Source: Okamejei kenojei
Lineage: Eukaryota
Direction of reading: 5' to 3'
Assembly (NCBI GenBank): GCA_035221665.1
Contig: CM069145.1
Coordinates: forward strand, 24,118,001-24,182,000
Length of the DNA: 64,000 nucleotides
Part shown: one piece after another, positions 38,790 through 52,781 of the stretch
Layout of the letters: the number at the start of each line of letters is the position of its first letter
Numbering within the stretch: the stretch's first letter is position 1
Made by a program: the position numbers and the translations under genes
Notes under the pieces: generated by a model
The model's input: the letters and a program-made list of their open reading frames with translations, nothing else
What the model was told of the DNA's origin: nothing
Databases searched by the model: none

Positions 38790-39125
38790 CATGGCATAGG
38801 AGCAGAATTAGGCCATTCAGCCAGTCTAGGCCGTCATTCGATTGTGGCTGATCTATCTTTCCCTCTCAACCCCATTCTCATGCCTTCTCCCCATAACACC
38901 CTTAACTAATCAAGAACCTGTCAATCTCTACCTTAAAAATACCCAATGATTTGGTCCCCAGAACCGTTTCTGGCAATGATTCACAGATTCACCAGCATAA
39001 ACTTATTCCTCCTCATACCCTGTCTAAAGGTATGCCTTTTGTCCTAGATTTGCCTACTAGTGGAAACATGCTCTCCACATCCACCCAACGAGGCCTTTCA
39101 CTATTCGATAACTTTCAATGAGGTC
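38790..39125 (-). mobile_element. CR1 LINE 3' fragment
   Basis: aggagcagaattaggccattcagcc is the reverse of a CR1 3' end. Confidence 0.65.
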
Positions 39126-40726
39126 CCGTTGTCCCCACTACTGAAAGAGCAAACTATGTAAAAACGTTTGCCATGAAATTAAGTGCATATCACATATATT
39201 TTCAAATGAATTTAAATTTATTTTTCCGTAAAAACAAAATGAGATAATGAATATTGGGCACTTTTGGATGAAGGTCTTTTTTATGCCCCTGAGGTCTTTT
39301 CAGCTTTGGTGGTACATGGATTGTAGGTATTGTGGGGAAATGTGTCCAGACACAGCTGTTAGTAGGCACTGCCAAGGCTATCTGAACTTCCCTACGCACA
39401 GGAGCACCTACAATACAAAATTGCTCTCCACCCCTTAGGAGGTTCCTCGAAGTGGCAGTGTGCAGTAAATAACATGGACAAGCACCATTCTGAATTCATG
39501 CTCTTAGGACTCAAACATATAATTGTAATGTGGTAACATGAGACAATGCCATCATCATATTGGTGGCCTGAAAGACTTCAAATGAACATTTGATGCCACC
39601 TGTCATCAATTTACATTGAGTTAACAGTATAAAACATCTATCCCAATTTTTCAGATTCCCTGAGGTGGGTGTATGCGAGTTAGTGCTTGTTACACTGCTG
39701 TCCACTTACTCTGTTGGGGAAATAACAGTGAAGGCAGCCTCAGCACGATGAGAAAGGAATGATTACTGAGAATGGAGTATGCCAATAAAGGTGGCACTCG
39801 GTGCAGCACAATGCTGCTGTTCAATACCTTTATTCGTGGATGTGTGAGAAAATGTAAGGACCTATTAAACAATAATATTGATATCTTAATGATATATGAA
39901 AACAATTCAAGTCATAGACTGCAAAACGGTAGCAATACAGATATGACCTACCCTCCATAGATTAATGTAATCTATGAAGGGTAGTCCCATCTGCATTGTT
40001 ACCATTTTGCACAGTTTATGATCTCTGAATGGCAATGAGATAACCAACCTGATATGCTATTTTAATGGTGTTTAGGGTAAATATTTCCCAGAATGCCATG
40101 AGGAATGACCTGTGTTTCCACCCTCCATTCCTGTCTTGCCCCGCTTCTCCTTACATGCACAGAATTGCTTTCGTTTTCCATTTAAAAAAAAGGTTATTCT
40201 CAAGATTTCTTCCATCCTTCCTCATGGAATGTTATGGGTGTGGTGGCAATTTACGTAACAATAGCGCGATTGTTATGTAGCAGTTACATGGATCTATGTA
40301 AATAGACCATTTACATAACCATGTAAATTGTCTTTTTGTATCCTGCTGAGAGGACAGACCAGATCTCAATTTAATATTTAATCCAAGTGACTTGGACAAA
40401 ACCAGCAACAAACTCGATGTTGAAGAAAACATGTGGTTGAGATAACATAAGTCCACCATTGTCCGTTTTAATATGCTTTGGCCACCCTTTGCTATCCTGC
40501 CCCCTCGACATGGTTGGTTGGCAGACTTCTTAGTTGGTGTCTTGATTGCCCCCTGCTGAGGTTTCTGAAAGGCCATAAGCCTTTCTCACCAACAAGCTGA
40601 TACTTTCAGTGGATCAATGTCACACAAGTTGTTTTTTTTTACAATGCATCTCTTGCATTTCCTTTTACAAGCATGTGAGGTACCTTATGGAACTGCTGCC
40701 AAAACATAAAATTATGGGCCAACTAA

Positions 40727-40951
40727 AGGGCCTGTCCCACGTGGTGATTTTTACGGCGACTGCCGGCATCAATTGACTGACATATCAGGTCACCAAAAGA
40801 TATGCGGCATGACGCGGTATGATGATGTATTGACGCGTGGTGTCTTTTCAAGTGTCTCAACATTTTATTTCAAAATGTTCAAAATCTTTTGGTGACCCTG
40901 ATATGACCGCCGGCAGTCGCCGAAAAAAAATCGGCAAGTGGGACTGGCCCT
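40727..40951. mobile_element. Harbinger-type MITE, 225 bp
   Basis: TAA|AGGGCCTGTCCCAC...GTGGGACTGGCCCT|TAA, with a subterminal inverted repeat GGCGACTGCCGGC / GCCGGCAGTCGCC. Confidence 0.85.
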
Positions 40952-41807
40952 TAAAGATCTTCCCTTCCATTGCCATCAAGTTGCTGATCTATAGAAGTAG
41001 TCTGGAGTGAGAATATGAGGAATTGAGATAGTACTTTTCAAATGTTGGACCATGATACTGCCCAGTGTGTGGTGAACATGCACTAAAGGCTTACTCATCT
41101 TATTTGAGTTGGCAAACTCATCTATCACCACAGAACTGTTTTCCTGATCTACTCGCTTGACCATTAGATGTAGGAGCGGGCACTGGCTATGGATTAAGTG
41201 GAAGTTTTCCCTTTGCAATAAACCTTCTCCATTGCACCTCAAAGAACAAGTCCTTAGTTTCTTCATCAAATGGGACTGTAACCACATTTGACCCATGACT
41301 TCATTATCCTTAAGCTGGTCAGGTACAACAGGTAGCTATAAGCAAATAAAATCTCAGTTCTTCATGACTAATAGATAATAACTTCCTACCACCTCTCTAT
41401 TTATCTTGCCCCCACTCCCCCACCCTGAATCTCACCCATTACTACCATCTTCTCCCACCCTTCAGTCACCATGTTCCTCTCTCTTACTTCGTACATTAAT
41501 CTTCCATGTCTGAGTTACCCATTTATCTCCCCCCTCCCCCTCACCACCCTCTTTCAATTATAGCATTGCTCTCTTTATTTGATACCCTGTTGTCTCCAAT
41601 TCACCTCTAGTCTTTGTCACTAACTGCACCTATCTGCTCACTAGTACTGGGCTTGCAAAACTGCTCTACCAGAATCGGGATTAAAACGACTAACATTTCA
41701 ATTTCTGGATGTTAATTGACATAGTTCAGGCATGTGTAATGTTTTCCAGGTCATTCGTCATGTCAGAAATGGATTCAAATGTTGTGCTGTTTGGGCATGA
41801 AGTATTT

Positions 41808-42060
41808 ATTTAGTTTAGACTTTTAGTTTAGAAATACAGCATGGAAACCCGCCCATCGACCCGTCAAATCCACACTGACAATCAATCACCTGTTCTCACT
41901 AGTTCTATGTTATCCCATGTTCCCATCCACTCTGTACACACTAGGGGCAATTTTACAGAGGCCAATTAACTTACAAACCCGCGCCTCTTTGTGATGTAGG
42001 ATGAAACTGGAGCTCCAGGGGTAAACGCATGCGGTCACGGGGAGAATGTGCAACACACAC
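41808..42060 (-). mobile_element. HE1-like V-SINE, partial
   Basis: Reverse-complement tail and V-domain. Confidence 0.7.
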
Positions 42061-43304
42061 ACTTCAGGCGCTCTATCCAAAGGTATTAGAGTTGTTGGTA
42101 TTCACAAACCATTCTCTTCAAAAGTACACATCAGCAGAATATGATGCAAAACAAAGATTCTTCTAATTTATTTACCACCTCTACAGTCTTCAACATCTAC
42201 AATCTCTTGTATCTCCATTCCTAAAGTCTTTGACAGATTTCATCAAAACCCTTAAATGATGGCTAAATAATTTATTTAATGAAAGAAGATGTTGTCCAAA
42301 ATTTGACTCCTGGTACTCGTGGTTTCCCATTTACATTGTGAACATTCATTGAACTTATTGGGACAGGCAAATTCACCCGTCCCGACACAACATACATGCA
42401 GACTGTAGCACACAAATACATACTGAGCAGCTAAAATAACAATCGGTGTTTTATCTGCTCTTAAACATCTTGACGTAGTTTCACACAATACACCAGGCCT
42501 TTAGCGTGAATATACCCAACAACATGATTCAAGAGATTAATAGGGATGAGTACAGTATGCAAGAAATAACTTGAAACAAAACCATTCTGATCTTTACCAG
42601 TTATTATCTGTATTAGTCTGTATTGCTTACTGCCAATTTTTATCGAGGTAGATGGTTTTCAGATATCTCTGGCACACATCTTTCTTGATCTACTAAATGA
42701 CCTGTTTTTATAGCTATGACTGGGATTGTTTCTTCACCAATGTATCAAGAATGCCCAAGTTGGGTGTTTGAAGGAAGAAAGCCTGAATATATGACTAAAG
42801 GAAGATAAATAATAGTAGAACACAAGGCTGTGTAAGTTACCGCAAACATTTTAATTTAGATAATCTTACACACAGGAATCATGACATAGAAACAATATTT
42901 CAACTTATGAAATAAGAAGAAAAGTCTTTATTGAAATTGGATCAACAATGGAAACACCTCTTTAAATGTTTGTCCTTGAGAAAGCTCAGTGAAGAAATGC
43001 TCCTTCAGGATTTCTTATTCTTTCTTTCACTTTGGAAATCAGCATACACCCTCTGTAGTACGTAAGGAAGCTATAAACAATGGCACCCAACCTTTTACAT
43101 GCATGTCCAAAAATTGATCAAACATTTGGGACTCTCGGCCCATATTTTAAGATAGCATGATAAATTAATTGATAATTCTGTCAAAGGGATGAGAGTTGTA
43201 AAAACATGTTCTTTTGGCTTTGCAGGTTATTAAATCAAAATGAAAGCAGGAACTAAAATCTTATTAAACAAAATGAAAGCAGGAACTAAAAGTCTGATTA
43301 AGTT

Positions 43305-43607
43305 AGGGTGACAGTGATGCAATTGGTAGAGCCGGTGTCAAACAGTGCTAGAGACCCAGGTTCGATTCTGACCTTGGGTGCTGTCTGTGTAGAGTTTGCA
43401 TATTCTCCCTGTGACTGTGTGGGTTTCCTCACACATCTCAACGACTTGCAGGTTTATAGGTTAATAGGCTGCTGTAAATGTATCCATACTTGTCGGAAGT
43501 GGACGAGAAACTGGCAGAACATAGAACCGGGGTGAACGAGATCAATGGTCAGGGTGGACTCGGACAGAAGGGCCTGTTTCTACGCGATATCTCTAAAACT
43601 AAACTAA
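43305..43607 (+). mobile_element. HE1-like V-SINE
   Basis: ggtagagc...gagacccaggttcgattc head, V-domain, gggcctgtttc...ctaaaactaaactaa tail. Confidence 0.8.
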
Positions 43608-45299
43608 GTTGCTGAATGCACAATTAAAGCATCAAATAAAAATCGGATTAAATCGTTGAAACATAATTAAAGCATCAAACACGATCATGTTAAACTTAAT
43701 TAAAGCATTCAATACAGAATAAAATGTAAAAATAATGGAATTTTTTTTAAAAAGCTAATGAGCAATTGTGGGCTCTACCCTAACTAAAGTTTTTCCAAGA
43801 GGAAATAATTCTGTCCATGGGCTGAGAAAATCCTGGATGGAATCAATTAAGTCACTCAGTCACTGATATGCTCGATGAATATTGCAATGACATTGAATGC
43901 TCCTGTGATCTGCACGCCTGCCTCTAGCGTGCTCGAACTTGCATTACAGCTGCAAAGTTCCACACCAGCCATTTCAATAACTCTTGCTGGAATTTTCCAT
44001 CAACTTTTGCTGCACATTTTAATAATTAAAAAAAAATTATTTGGTTCCTCACATGGCCCAGCGTCAATCCTTCATGGCCCAATTTTGGGCTGAGATCAGA
44101 TGTTGGGAATCTGTGACGTAGAAGCAGTAGGACCAGTACAATCTCCCAAAATCATATTATTTTTGTTCATTGTGTTCAAACCATCAAACATCTATCCTTC
44201 AGAATTTTGTGCACTTTTTTATTTTAATCATAAGAGTATACCACAGCTAAGTCTAATCCCCTCCTTAGAATAAGATGGGACAAAAGGAGGCATTCACCTC
44301 ACCGAATCTGCATTCACTCAATCAAAGACCCATCTACTTACTCCCCATTCCCTTCAACTCTTTCTTTTTGCCATAGAATCTTTCCAGCAGCATGTTCCAA
44401 ATCCTGTCGACATAGTAAATGGTAGGACCCTGGGAGTGTTGTAGAACGTTATGATAGTACCTGCATCAACTACCTCCTCCAGCAGCCCGTTCCATATACT
44501 CACGACCCTCTGTGTAAAAAAGTTACCCATCAGATTCCTATAAAATTTGAACCCTCACCCCCCACCCTCCCTTACCTTTAACCTATGTCCGCTGGTTCTC
44601 GATTCTCGTACTCTGTGCAAATAACTCTGCGCATTTACCTGATCTATTCCTCTCATGATCCTGTATACTTCTATAAGATCGCCCTTCATCTTCCTGCTCT
44701 CCAAGAAATAGTGTCCTAGCTGCTCAGCCTGTCCCTATAGCTCAGGTCCTTGATGGTGATGACATAAAATTGTCCAACTGCAGACAAGAGAAATTGCCAA
44801 TGTACTGCAAGATATCAAATGGTCATGGAACAGATCTCCTCTTGGGAACAGTAGCACGGAACGTGTTAGAATCTATCATTAGGCACTGATAATATTGTAC
44901 ATAGAAACACATTGTGCTGGGGCAGAGTACATTTGGATTATGAAAGATACATTTTATTTGAGAATGTTATTGGTTTTTTGAAGTTCTTTAAGGCAATTGG
45001 GGATGTTGTGGGAAGATGCAATCCAAGCAGAAGAGAAGAGTGAAGCACAGTCACCAGTCTGAATACCCTTGTATGGACTTAAGTCAGAGGTGACGGGTAG
45101 AAAGATAACATGATAAATATTGATAAGGGTGACATACATCTCCCCTCCTGAGGTCATCTGTTGCCAGCCCTGATTTGCTCTGGCCTTTTCTCACCTCCAG
45201 TTTATTCTCCCCCCCCCCCCACCTCGGTTTTCGTCTGAAGAAGGGTTCCGACCCGAAACATCTCCCATTATTGAGATTGCAGATACTGGACTCGCTGAA

Positions 45300-46100
45300 T
45301 TCAAGGCATGACTCCCTGAGTTAAGAATCAGTGATCAGTGTTGATTCTGATACAGTGTTGTCTATGAATTTGTGTGTTCTCCCAGTGACTAGTTTCGCAT
45401 GTCGGATGGGCATAGCAGTAAGGGAGAAAATCTTCGACATAGCCTTGATCGGTGGAATGTCTTTCTATGTCATTGGCAAATCTTAAATTTAGAACAGTGT
45501 CAGTTCTCTGTAACAAATGTAATAATCCAATACAAGAAGTATTCAGGCCACGTCGCTCCAGGGCACTGCCGATGATTTGGCATGGCAACGCACCCAGAGG
45601 TAGAGACCTGTCACTGGAGCTGGAATTTGTTTTTACTCGGCTTTAGATATTCCTGCAGTCTTGCGGACAGCGAGGCCCCAGCTGGACAATCAACAGGAAC
45701 GCTCATCATTTGTCTGCAGTACAAACTGGAGAGTTTCAGCCATTTCTGCATAAACCTCTTGGGATTCCTGAGTTTTGGCAGCGTTAACCTGGGCCTTGGG
45801 CATCACATTGACATCAATTAACTGCAGTCTCCGCATACGCTCTGCGGGGTTGTTGTCTGCGTCATGGTATAGATGTTTTTACTGGCATTGTATTTGCAGC
45901 AGCTCAGATTGGAGAATGTTAAACACATTGTTGAATTGTCCCACACTCAGGCAATCAGCTGATCAGAGTAAATCTACACATTGGGTGTGAAGCATCAGAA
46001 GTGAGTGAACGCATAATGTTTAGTTGTGGAGACACCCTAGTCAGAGCTATCCAGCAGACTTCTAAACTTTTGCAAAAAGTGGTTACTGAACAGCAAACAG
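45300..46100 (-). mobile_element. Ancient RTE-clade LINE RT remnant
   Basis: Minus-strand NLRFANDI resembles the RTE LRFADDI catalytic motif; degenerate GVRQG-like segment near 46030-46050. Confidence 0.4.
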
Positions 46101-47509
46101 AACTCAAAGCTATTGAGAGTAATAGCAAATGCCTAATTTGGTCCCCGCTTGAGATTAGCTGCCACAATGCAGATCAGCGGATTAAACCAAAGAACCTTTT
46201 GTTCCCACGACATTCAATACCAGGTTTAAACTCTAATGGAGACAATTTGCCTTAAGCCTTAAAGGAGACAATTTGTACAGGTGGGTGCAGTGAACCACAA
46301 AATAGGGCAGGAATCAAACTCTGCCTGATTTCCACTCTGTTTACAGGTCTTGTGGCAGACTGCAACAGATGGGATCTTCAAGAATTTATAAAACGATGCA
46401 AAAAGGCATTGCCTCCATCTGCAGGCACTAAATGTTCTATATCAAGTCCACTCCTCAACCAGGAAACTTTTCATTTAATGGGCATTAAAAATATAAAATA
46501 TATATTAAAAGGCTATTTGAGGAGGCATTTAATTCCCTTTATGGATTTGTTTTTCTTTCTTTCCACTTGATTCTTTGTATTTGACGAATTGCTGTGCAAA
46601 TTGGTAAAATCTAAAATGATGCGGTTGGTAGAACTGTGAGAATTAAAAGACTATTCCGTACAGGCAACCACTCGGGTAATGAAAATTGATCCTTACAGAT
46701 TTCACAAAATTTGAGACACTGAATAAAGTTCACTCTATGTGGGGGAAAAGTTGATAAATTAACATAATTTTGTATTGCTTGAATACACTGTTGATGTGGC
46801 TTCGCCTGTTGAAGGTAGATAAATTGCATTACATACCATTTTCTGTAAAAGCAACATCCCCTAACATGGTGGTTGCCTGATGGTGTTTAAACTAATGAAT
46901 GGATGGGATGATATAGATAGAAATGCAGGTTCAGTGATTGCTGGACATAGAACAAAGTAAAAAATTCAAAACAAAAATAGAGAATGCTGGAAATAATCAT
47001 CAGGTCTGGCAGAATGTCAAGAACATCGAGGGTGCTTTATCGTTATGTGTCCTGAAACAGAACAATGGAATTCTTACTTGCAGCAACACAACAGATATGT
47101 AAACACCACATGCTGGAATAACTGAGACACGCAGCATCCCTGGAGAGAAGGAATGGGCGACGTTTCAGGTCGAGACCCTTCTTAGACTGAGAGACGGGAG
47201 AGGGAGAGGGATATGGAAGAGTAGGTGTGAAGATGACAGTTCAAAGCAGATGGCGTTATGTAAATGTAGAATGGTTCATTGGTAGCTGAGGGGAAGGTGG
47301 CAACGTGGCAAACGATCGAATATTTAACGAGGAGGAGTACCAGTGATGAGGAAATGTTATGACTAATTCTCGCGGACTGAGTGCTGGAATGGAAGTCTAT
47401 AAAACAATTGCAGTTTAAGGCTCAGGCCAAGGCCCGGGAATATTCAGTACTCTGGTGTTGAAGAATGAGTTGTAGTCACTGTATCACTGACACTGATTTT
47501 CTTATTATC

Positions 47510-48125
47510 ATGGAGTCATACAGCATGGAAACAGGTCCTTCAGTCCAACTTTCCCACATCGACCAACATGTCCCATCTACACTAGACTCACCTGCCTTTG
47601 TTTGGTCCACATCCCTCTAAACCTGTCCTATCCATGTACCTGTCTAGGGTACACAAAATGCTAGAGAAACTCAGCGGATGCATCAGCATCTATGGAGCGA
47701 AGGAGATAGGCAACGTTTTGGGCCGAAACCCTTCGTCAGGGTTTCGGCCCAAAACGTTGCCTATCTCCTTCACTCCATAGATGCTGCTGCACCCGCTGAG
47801 TTTCTCCAGCATTTTGTGTACCCTCGATTTTCCAGCATCTGCATGTACCTGTCTAATCGTTTCTCAAACATTGCAATAGTCCCAGCCTCAACGTCCTCCA
47901 CTGGCAGCTCATTCCATACACCCACCACCCTTTCTGTGAACAAGGTACCCCTCAAATTCCAATTAAATCTTTTCTCCTTCATCTTAAACCTACATATGTC
48001 CTCTGGTTCTCGATTCCGTTACTATAGGCAAGAGATTCTGTATCTACCCGATCTATTCCTCGCATGTTTTTATACACCTCTATAAAATCACCACTCACCC
48101 TCCTGTGCTCCAAGGAATAGAGCCC
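47510..48125 (-). mobile_element. CR1 LINE 3' fragment (host of the fold-back insert)
   Basis: Peptides LYSLEHRRVSGDFIEVYK and FTERVVGVWNELP...FEKRLDRYM. Confidence 0.8.
47647..47841. mobile_element. Near-perfect fold-back pLTR insert with 14-bp TSD inside a CR1 3' end
   Basis: CATGTACCTGTCTA at 47633-47646 and 47842-47855; ~85 bp inverted arms around a 7-nt loop. Confidence 0.85.
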
Positions 48126-48692
48126 CACCTCTATTCCAGAGTCCCAGCCTCTCCTTGTCAAGGAGATCCATAGCAGAATGTAGTGCAAGGGAGACAGCAT
48201 GGTCATAGATCGATTTTTCCTGATTGCATATTTGCACACAATATCTTCCAGCCTCATTTTCTAATGTTCTGGATACATGAAATCCCACCACTGATTGTTC
48301 CACTATGAAAAATAGTCTAGTTACGCCATGCACTTCAGAGCTACCTACTGCAAACTCTGACACTATGATCACCCCACACCTTGTGGTGATGCGAGTCTCC
48401 TACTGGCAAGGGACAAAATCATATTGGGCAGTTGCTCCTGTATGTTCCCACACATAGAGAAGATCCCATGTCTCCCTCTTGCCTCACTTCACCTGCTCTA
48501 TATGGTTATTTTTATGCAGTTTTTCCACAGTCTTCCTTGGGGAGACTTCCCTTGAAGTCTGACAGTCTTCCCAGTGATCTGCTCAGCAAGGTCACAGCAG
48601 GAGGGAGCTTATCATGCAGTTCCTGAGAAGATTTTGCATTAGGATGTGATTCTGCCTACAGCCAGGACTGAATTTTAATACATGTTGCCAGC

Positions 48693-48877
48693 CCATGTCC
48701 TCCAGAGATGCTGCCTGACCCGCTGAGCTACTCCAGCACTCTGTGAAACGTCACCTATCCATGTCCTCCAGAGATGCTGCCTGACCCGCTGAGTTACTCC
48801 AGCACTCTGTGAAACGTCACCTATCCATGTCCTCCAGAGATGCTGCCTGACCCGCTGAGTTACTCCAGCAGTCTGTG
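48693..48877 (+). repeat. Tandem 66-bp repeat (~2.8 copies) of a pLTR segment
   Basis: ccatgtcctccagagatgctg recurs at 48693, 48759 and 48825. Confidence 0.9.
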
Positions 48878-51800
48878 TTCTATGCAAGATTTCAGCATCT
48901 TCAGTTCCTAGTATCTCTGTCTCTCTGATTTAATTATACCTTTGGTTAGTTTTATGATTTTAACTGGGGGGGGGGGGGGGGGGGCAATTGCAACTGAGAA
49001 TTAGCACCCTGCAGATCACACGCAGCAAAGGAGGATGAAATCCCACTTCCAGGTAAAGGCATTTTACCAGAGCTACACGTCATGGAGATGCTCCTCCCCT
49101 CCATTCAGTGCTGTGATCAATCCCGGCCAACCTGTCGGCCATAGGATTAGCCTGCAAAGTTATACTGTCTGTATTTCAAAGTCTGTGTTAAGACATAGCT
49201 ATCATTAAAAACTGTGTTATGTTACCAGACTAATATAAAAAAAAGATCAGTCTTTTAGCCTTGTAATTTTCAGTGTTTAACATTAAACACATAGAACAAA
49301 TCAGTACCCAGTCTTAACATACGTGATCAGAGACGTTAATATTGCAAACATAATTCTCCTGCAAACTTTATGGGAGTTGGGAAAGAACAAGAAGGAATTT
49401 AATGTTCCACTAAAGCCGCAAGTGTTGAGAGATATACGCTGTTTTCTAAATTATTTCAACCACTTTAAAGTATAATTTAAGCCTTACATAAATATTTACA
49501 CTAGAGAGAACCCTTCATATAAGTGCTTCTTTGAGGCATGCTAACTGCATTAGAATAGTGCTGAATGAATACTTTCAGCTTTCATTGAAACCAACTTGTT
49601 TTCAAATAACTCTTTCTGTACCTGTCTGGAATGTGTGTTACAGGGTAAATTTGCTGAAATATTCCAGTGCATGTTTTTTTTCCCCTGAACCAGAAATGTG
49701 TTTTTGAGGGGGGGAATGTGGGGGGCAGCAGGGGGGAGGGAGGTGGAGAGGAATGAACTTTGATCTCTAAAAGCCCTCTGAGAAAGATCAATGTTTCATG
49801 CTTTCCCCATTTCCCTTTAAGCTGAAAACAGCAAAGCATTTCATTACCACTGTACCAATGTTTTAATGTCCCCCTGGCTTGCCTCTCAGATTTAGTGTGA
49901 GCATTTTCTTTTTGTTTTCACACATCAGGCAGTACTACGAGCAGACTAGTAATGGTTCCATTTTGAAAGGAGCTCTGTGCTGTAAAAGCAGTGCTATCCA
50001 TCAGAAGTGTCATTTCAGGAATGTGGCCAGATGTATTGACTTTCTGGCAATGGCATTGGTGCCATCTGGCCTACTGGAGGCCGATGCTGACAGAGATGAA
50101 AACTCAACTCAAACTCACAGAATTGTGTCATGTATTGGCTCTTAAATGCAACGCTGTCTATACTGTGTTTATTTTAATAGTTCCTTCGAGTTTCCAGCAA
50201 ATTTAAAAGAGATTGCCGAGTTCATTTTGCAAGATAATTGAAGTTAGGGGGGGGATCCTTTTGTGTTGACATTTAATTCATGCTGCCAGCAGATGATTTT
50301 CCAACAATGATATAATGTGGCCACGTATAAAATTATAGATCACATGGGAAGCAAAAGTGTGTCCCGCAATTAACAGAGCTGATAAGAAGCGAATAAACTG
50401 CCTGGGAAGAGGCACAAAGTCAGCTCAGTAGCACGAGCTGCAGAACTTGACTCGTTTGCAAGGGGGTCAGGAGTTCAAGTACACGAGCTGCCTTACTCTC
50501 TTGAATCAGTTTACCTGAACTTCCTTGGTTGCAAATAATACTTGGGCTTGGAGTGTCTTCCGAAGGAGGAAAAGGAATGTTAGCAATATAATATCCAATT
50601 CATCCTTCTTGAATTTCACAAGGTGCCTCGGCACTGTGGAGCATATCTGACGGGGTTATGTGTGTACAAAACAGATCTCTCCTTCACAGGATGAATGCCT
50701 CTGCCAAGCAAAGAGGGACAAGGAGACAAAGGTGTTAAAAAAAAAAGAAACTCCAAATGCACACAAAGCATTTTGTCCCCACCCCCACATTAAGTAGTTT
50801 CAATATAACATTGTTCGAAAAACTAAAACTCAGTCAACTCAAGGTCTTAACCCCAAAACATCGGCCATTCCTTCTCTCCAGAGATGCTGCCTGTCCCGCT
50901 GAGTTACTCCAGTTTTTTGCGTCTATCTTCGGTTTTAACCAGCATCTGCAGTTCCTTCCTACACATACTGGATTTTATTACCCACACAGCTTAGAACACC
51001 CCTGACATTATCCAGTAAAGGTGATAAAACAGCCCTCATATTTGTCATTGCTAGTGCCAGCAGATCAGGTATCTAAAAAAAATAAATGTTTATTAAAAAG
51101 AAAGCTAGCCACTAAAAGATACTGACAGATGTTGCAGCAGGAGACTGGTTCACTGAATCATAGGTACTGAAGTTGGCCTTTCAGCCCATCACATCCATGC
51201 TAACCTAAAATGGGTTTTACATTAATCTCATTTAACAACTCTTGTAGTTTATGTTCTGTTGTGCTGAAGCAAAGCAAGAATGTCATTGTCCTATCAGGGA
51301 CACATGACAATAAACTCTCTTGAATCTTGAATCTTGACTTTATGGCTCTTCTGGGTCAACTAGGGTTGGTCACTTAATTATTATGGGCCTAAGGGCTCAG
51401 AATTAATCTGCATTTTAAACGTAAACTTGCTCGCTGAATCTCCACCACACAGAGAGTACGCCTACGGAGTTCCCAGTTCACGAAACTCACCCCCTACAGT
51501 TGAGCAGATGCATTGCTGAACAGTCAGTAGCAGCAAACAATCTGCTGGAGGAATTCAGCGTGCCAGGCAACATCTGTGGAGGGAAATAGATGGTCGACCT
51601 TCCTCCTCCATCGATGCTGCCTGACCAGCTGAGTTCCTCCAGCAGCTAATTTGAGGCTCCAGATTCCAATCTCTCGTTGCTCTAGAGTCAAGAGTGTCTA
51701 AATATTGTGTATGCTGGCGATGGAAAAATTAAATTCTTACTTGCTGCAGTGTGACAGGCCCATCACTGCAATAATATACAAATAAACATGAAACAATCAA

Positions 51801-51954
51801 TGATACAATAAATTAATGAGCAGTAATATTTGTTAAACCAGTGCTGTAAGCATGCTGGCAACTTGCTTACAGCACTGTGCTGAGCATTTGGCAGGTCGAA
51901 GCTTGAAAGCGCATCTTGATTGTCTGCTGCTGTTGCTGCTGTTATATGTTTCCC

Positions 51955-52460
51955 CAGAGCAGGGAGATGGGAATGGAGCACTGGAGAGGATTGGAAATCA
52001 GTGGTGGATGAGAGGTGTTGGAGCTATGAAATTGCACTGGGATCATAAAGGGGAACAGTAATGAACAGAGTGGGAAGAAGACAAGGTTTAAGAGGGCAGC
52101 AGAAGACGTTGGTCAGGGAGAGCACAGAAAACCAGAAATGCGGAAGAGAGTTGGGAGTTGTAGGGGAAAGGACAGAGGATAAGGGAGGTGGTAAGGGAAC
52201 TGGGAATTGGAGGAGGGGGGAGAACTGGGAGTTGTTGGAAAGGAGAGTATTGAGGATTGGAAAGGGGAAAAGGATTAAGAATTTGAGGTGGGAAGAATAT
52301 AGAGAATCCGAGTGGGGGGGGGGGGGATAAACTGGGAATAGATGAGAGGAGGGGGCTCAATGATTAGAGAGGGGAAAATAACTGGAAATTAGAGGAGGGG
52401 AGACTATAGAGGATTAGAGTTGGGGGGAAGAATTGAGAATTGGAAGAGGGGTGAGGTTTA
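51955..52460 (+). repeat. G/A-rich low-complexity tract
   Basis: About 500 bp, purine-skewed on the + strand, with many GGG runs and a G13 run. Confidence 0.75.
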
Positions 52461-52781
52461 GAAAGTTGTTAAGATGTAGTCTGTGAAACCTTGATTTTAT
52501 GAGCTGACTACTTTGCTGTGCCCTCGCCCTGTGTGATCCCAGATTCCGTTTATAAAACATGGTGATCCTGCTTTTAAAGCCAAATTGCTGCTTGGTCTTG
52601 TCATTTATACACCATCTCCAAATGCACATGTGTTGAGAAATGGAGCAGAGGGTTATCCTAATACTTCAATGAGGAGTTGATTCAATCCAGACTCTGCTCT
52701 CTATCCAAGATGTGAAGGTCCTTGCCAATTTCTACAAAACAGAACAATGGAAGTATGTCACATTATCCTGAACAGTGGATT

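Noticed and set aside
48693-48877. Regularly spaced repeats resembling a CRISPR array
   Set aside because: No unique spacers; eukaryotic context; the units are tandem copies of a retroelement segment.
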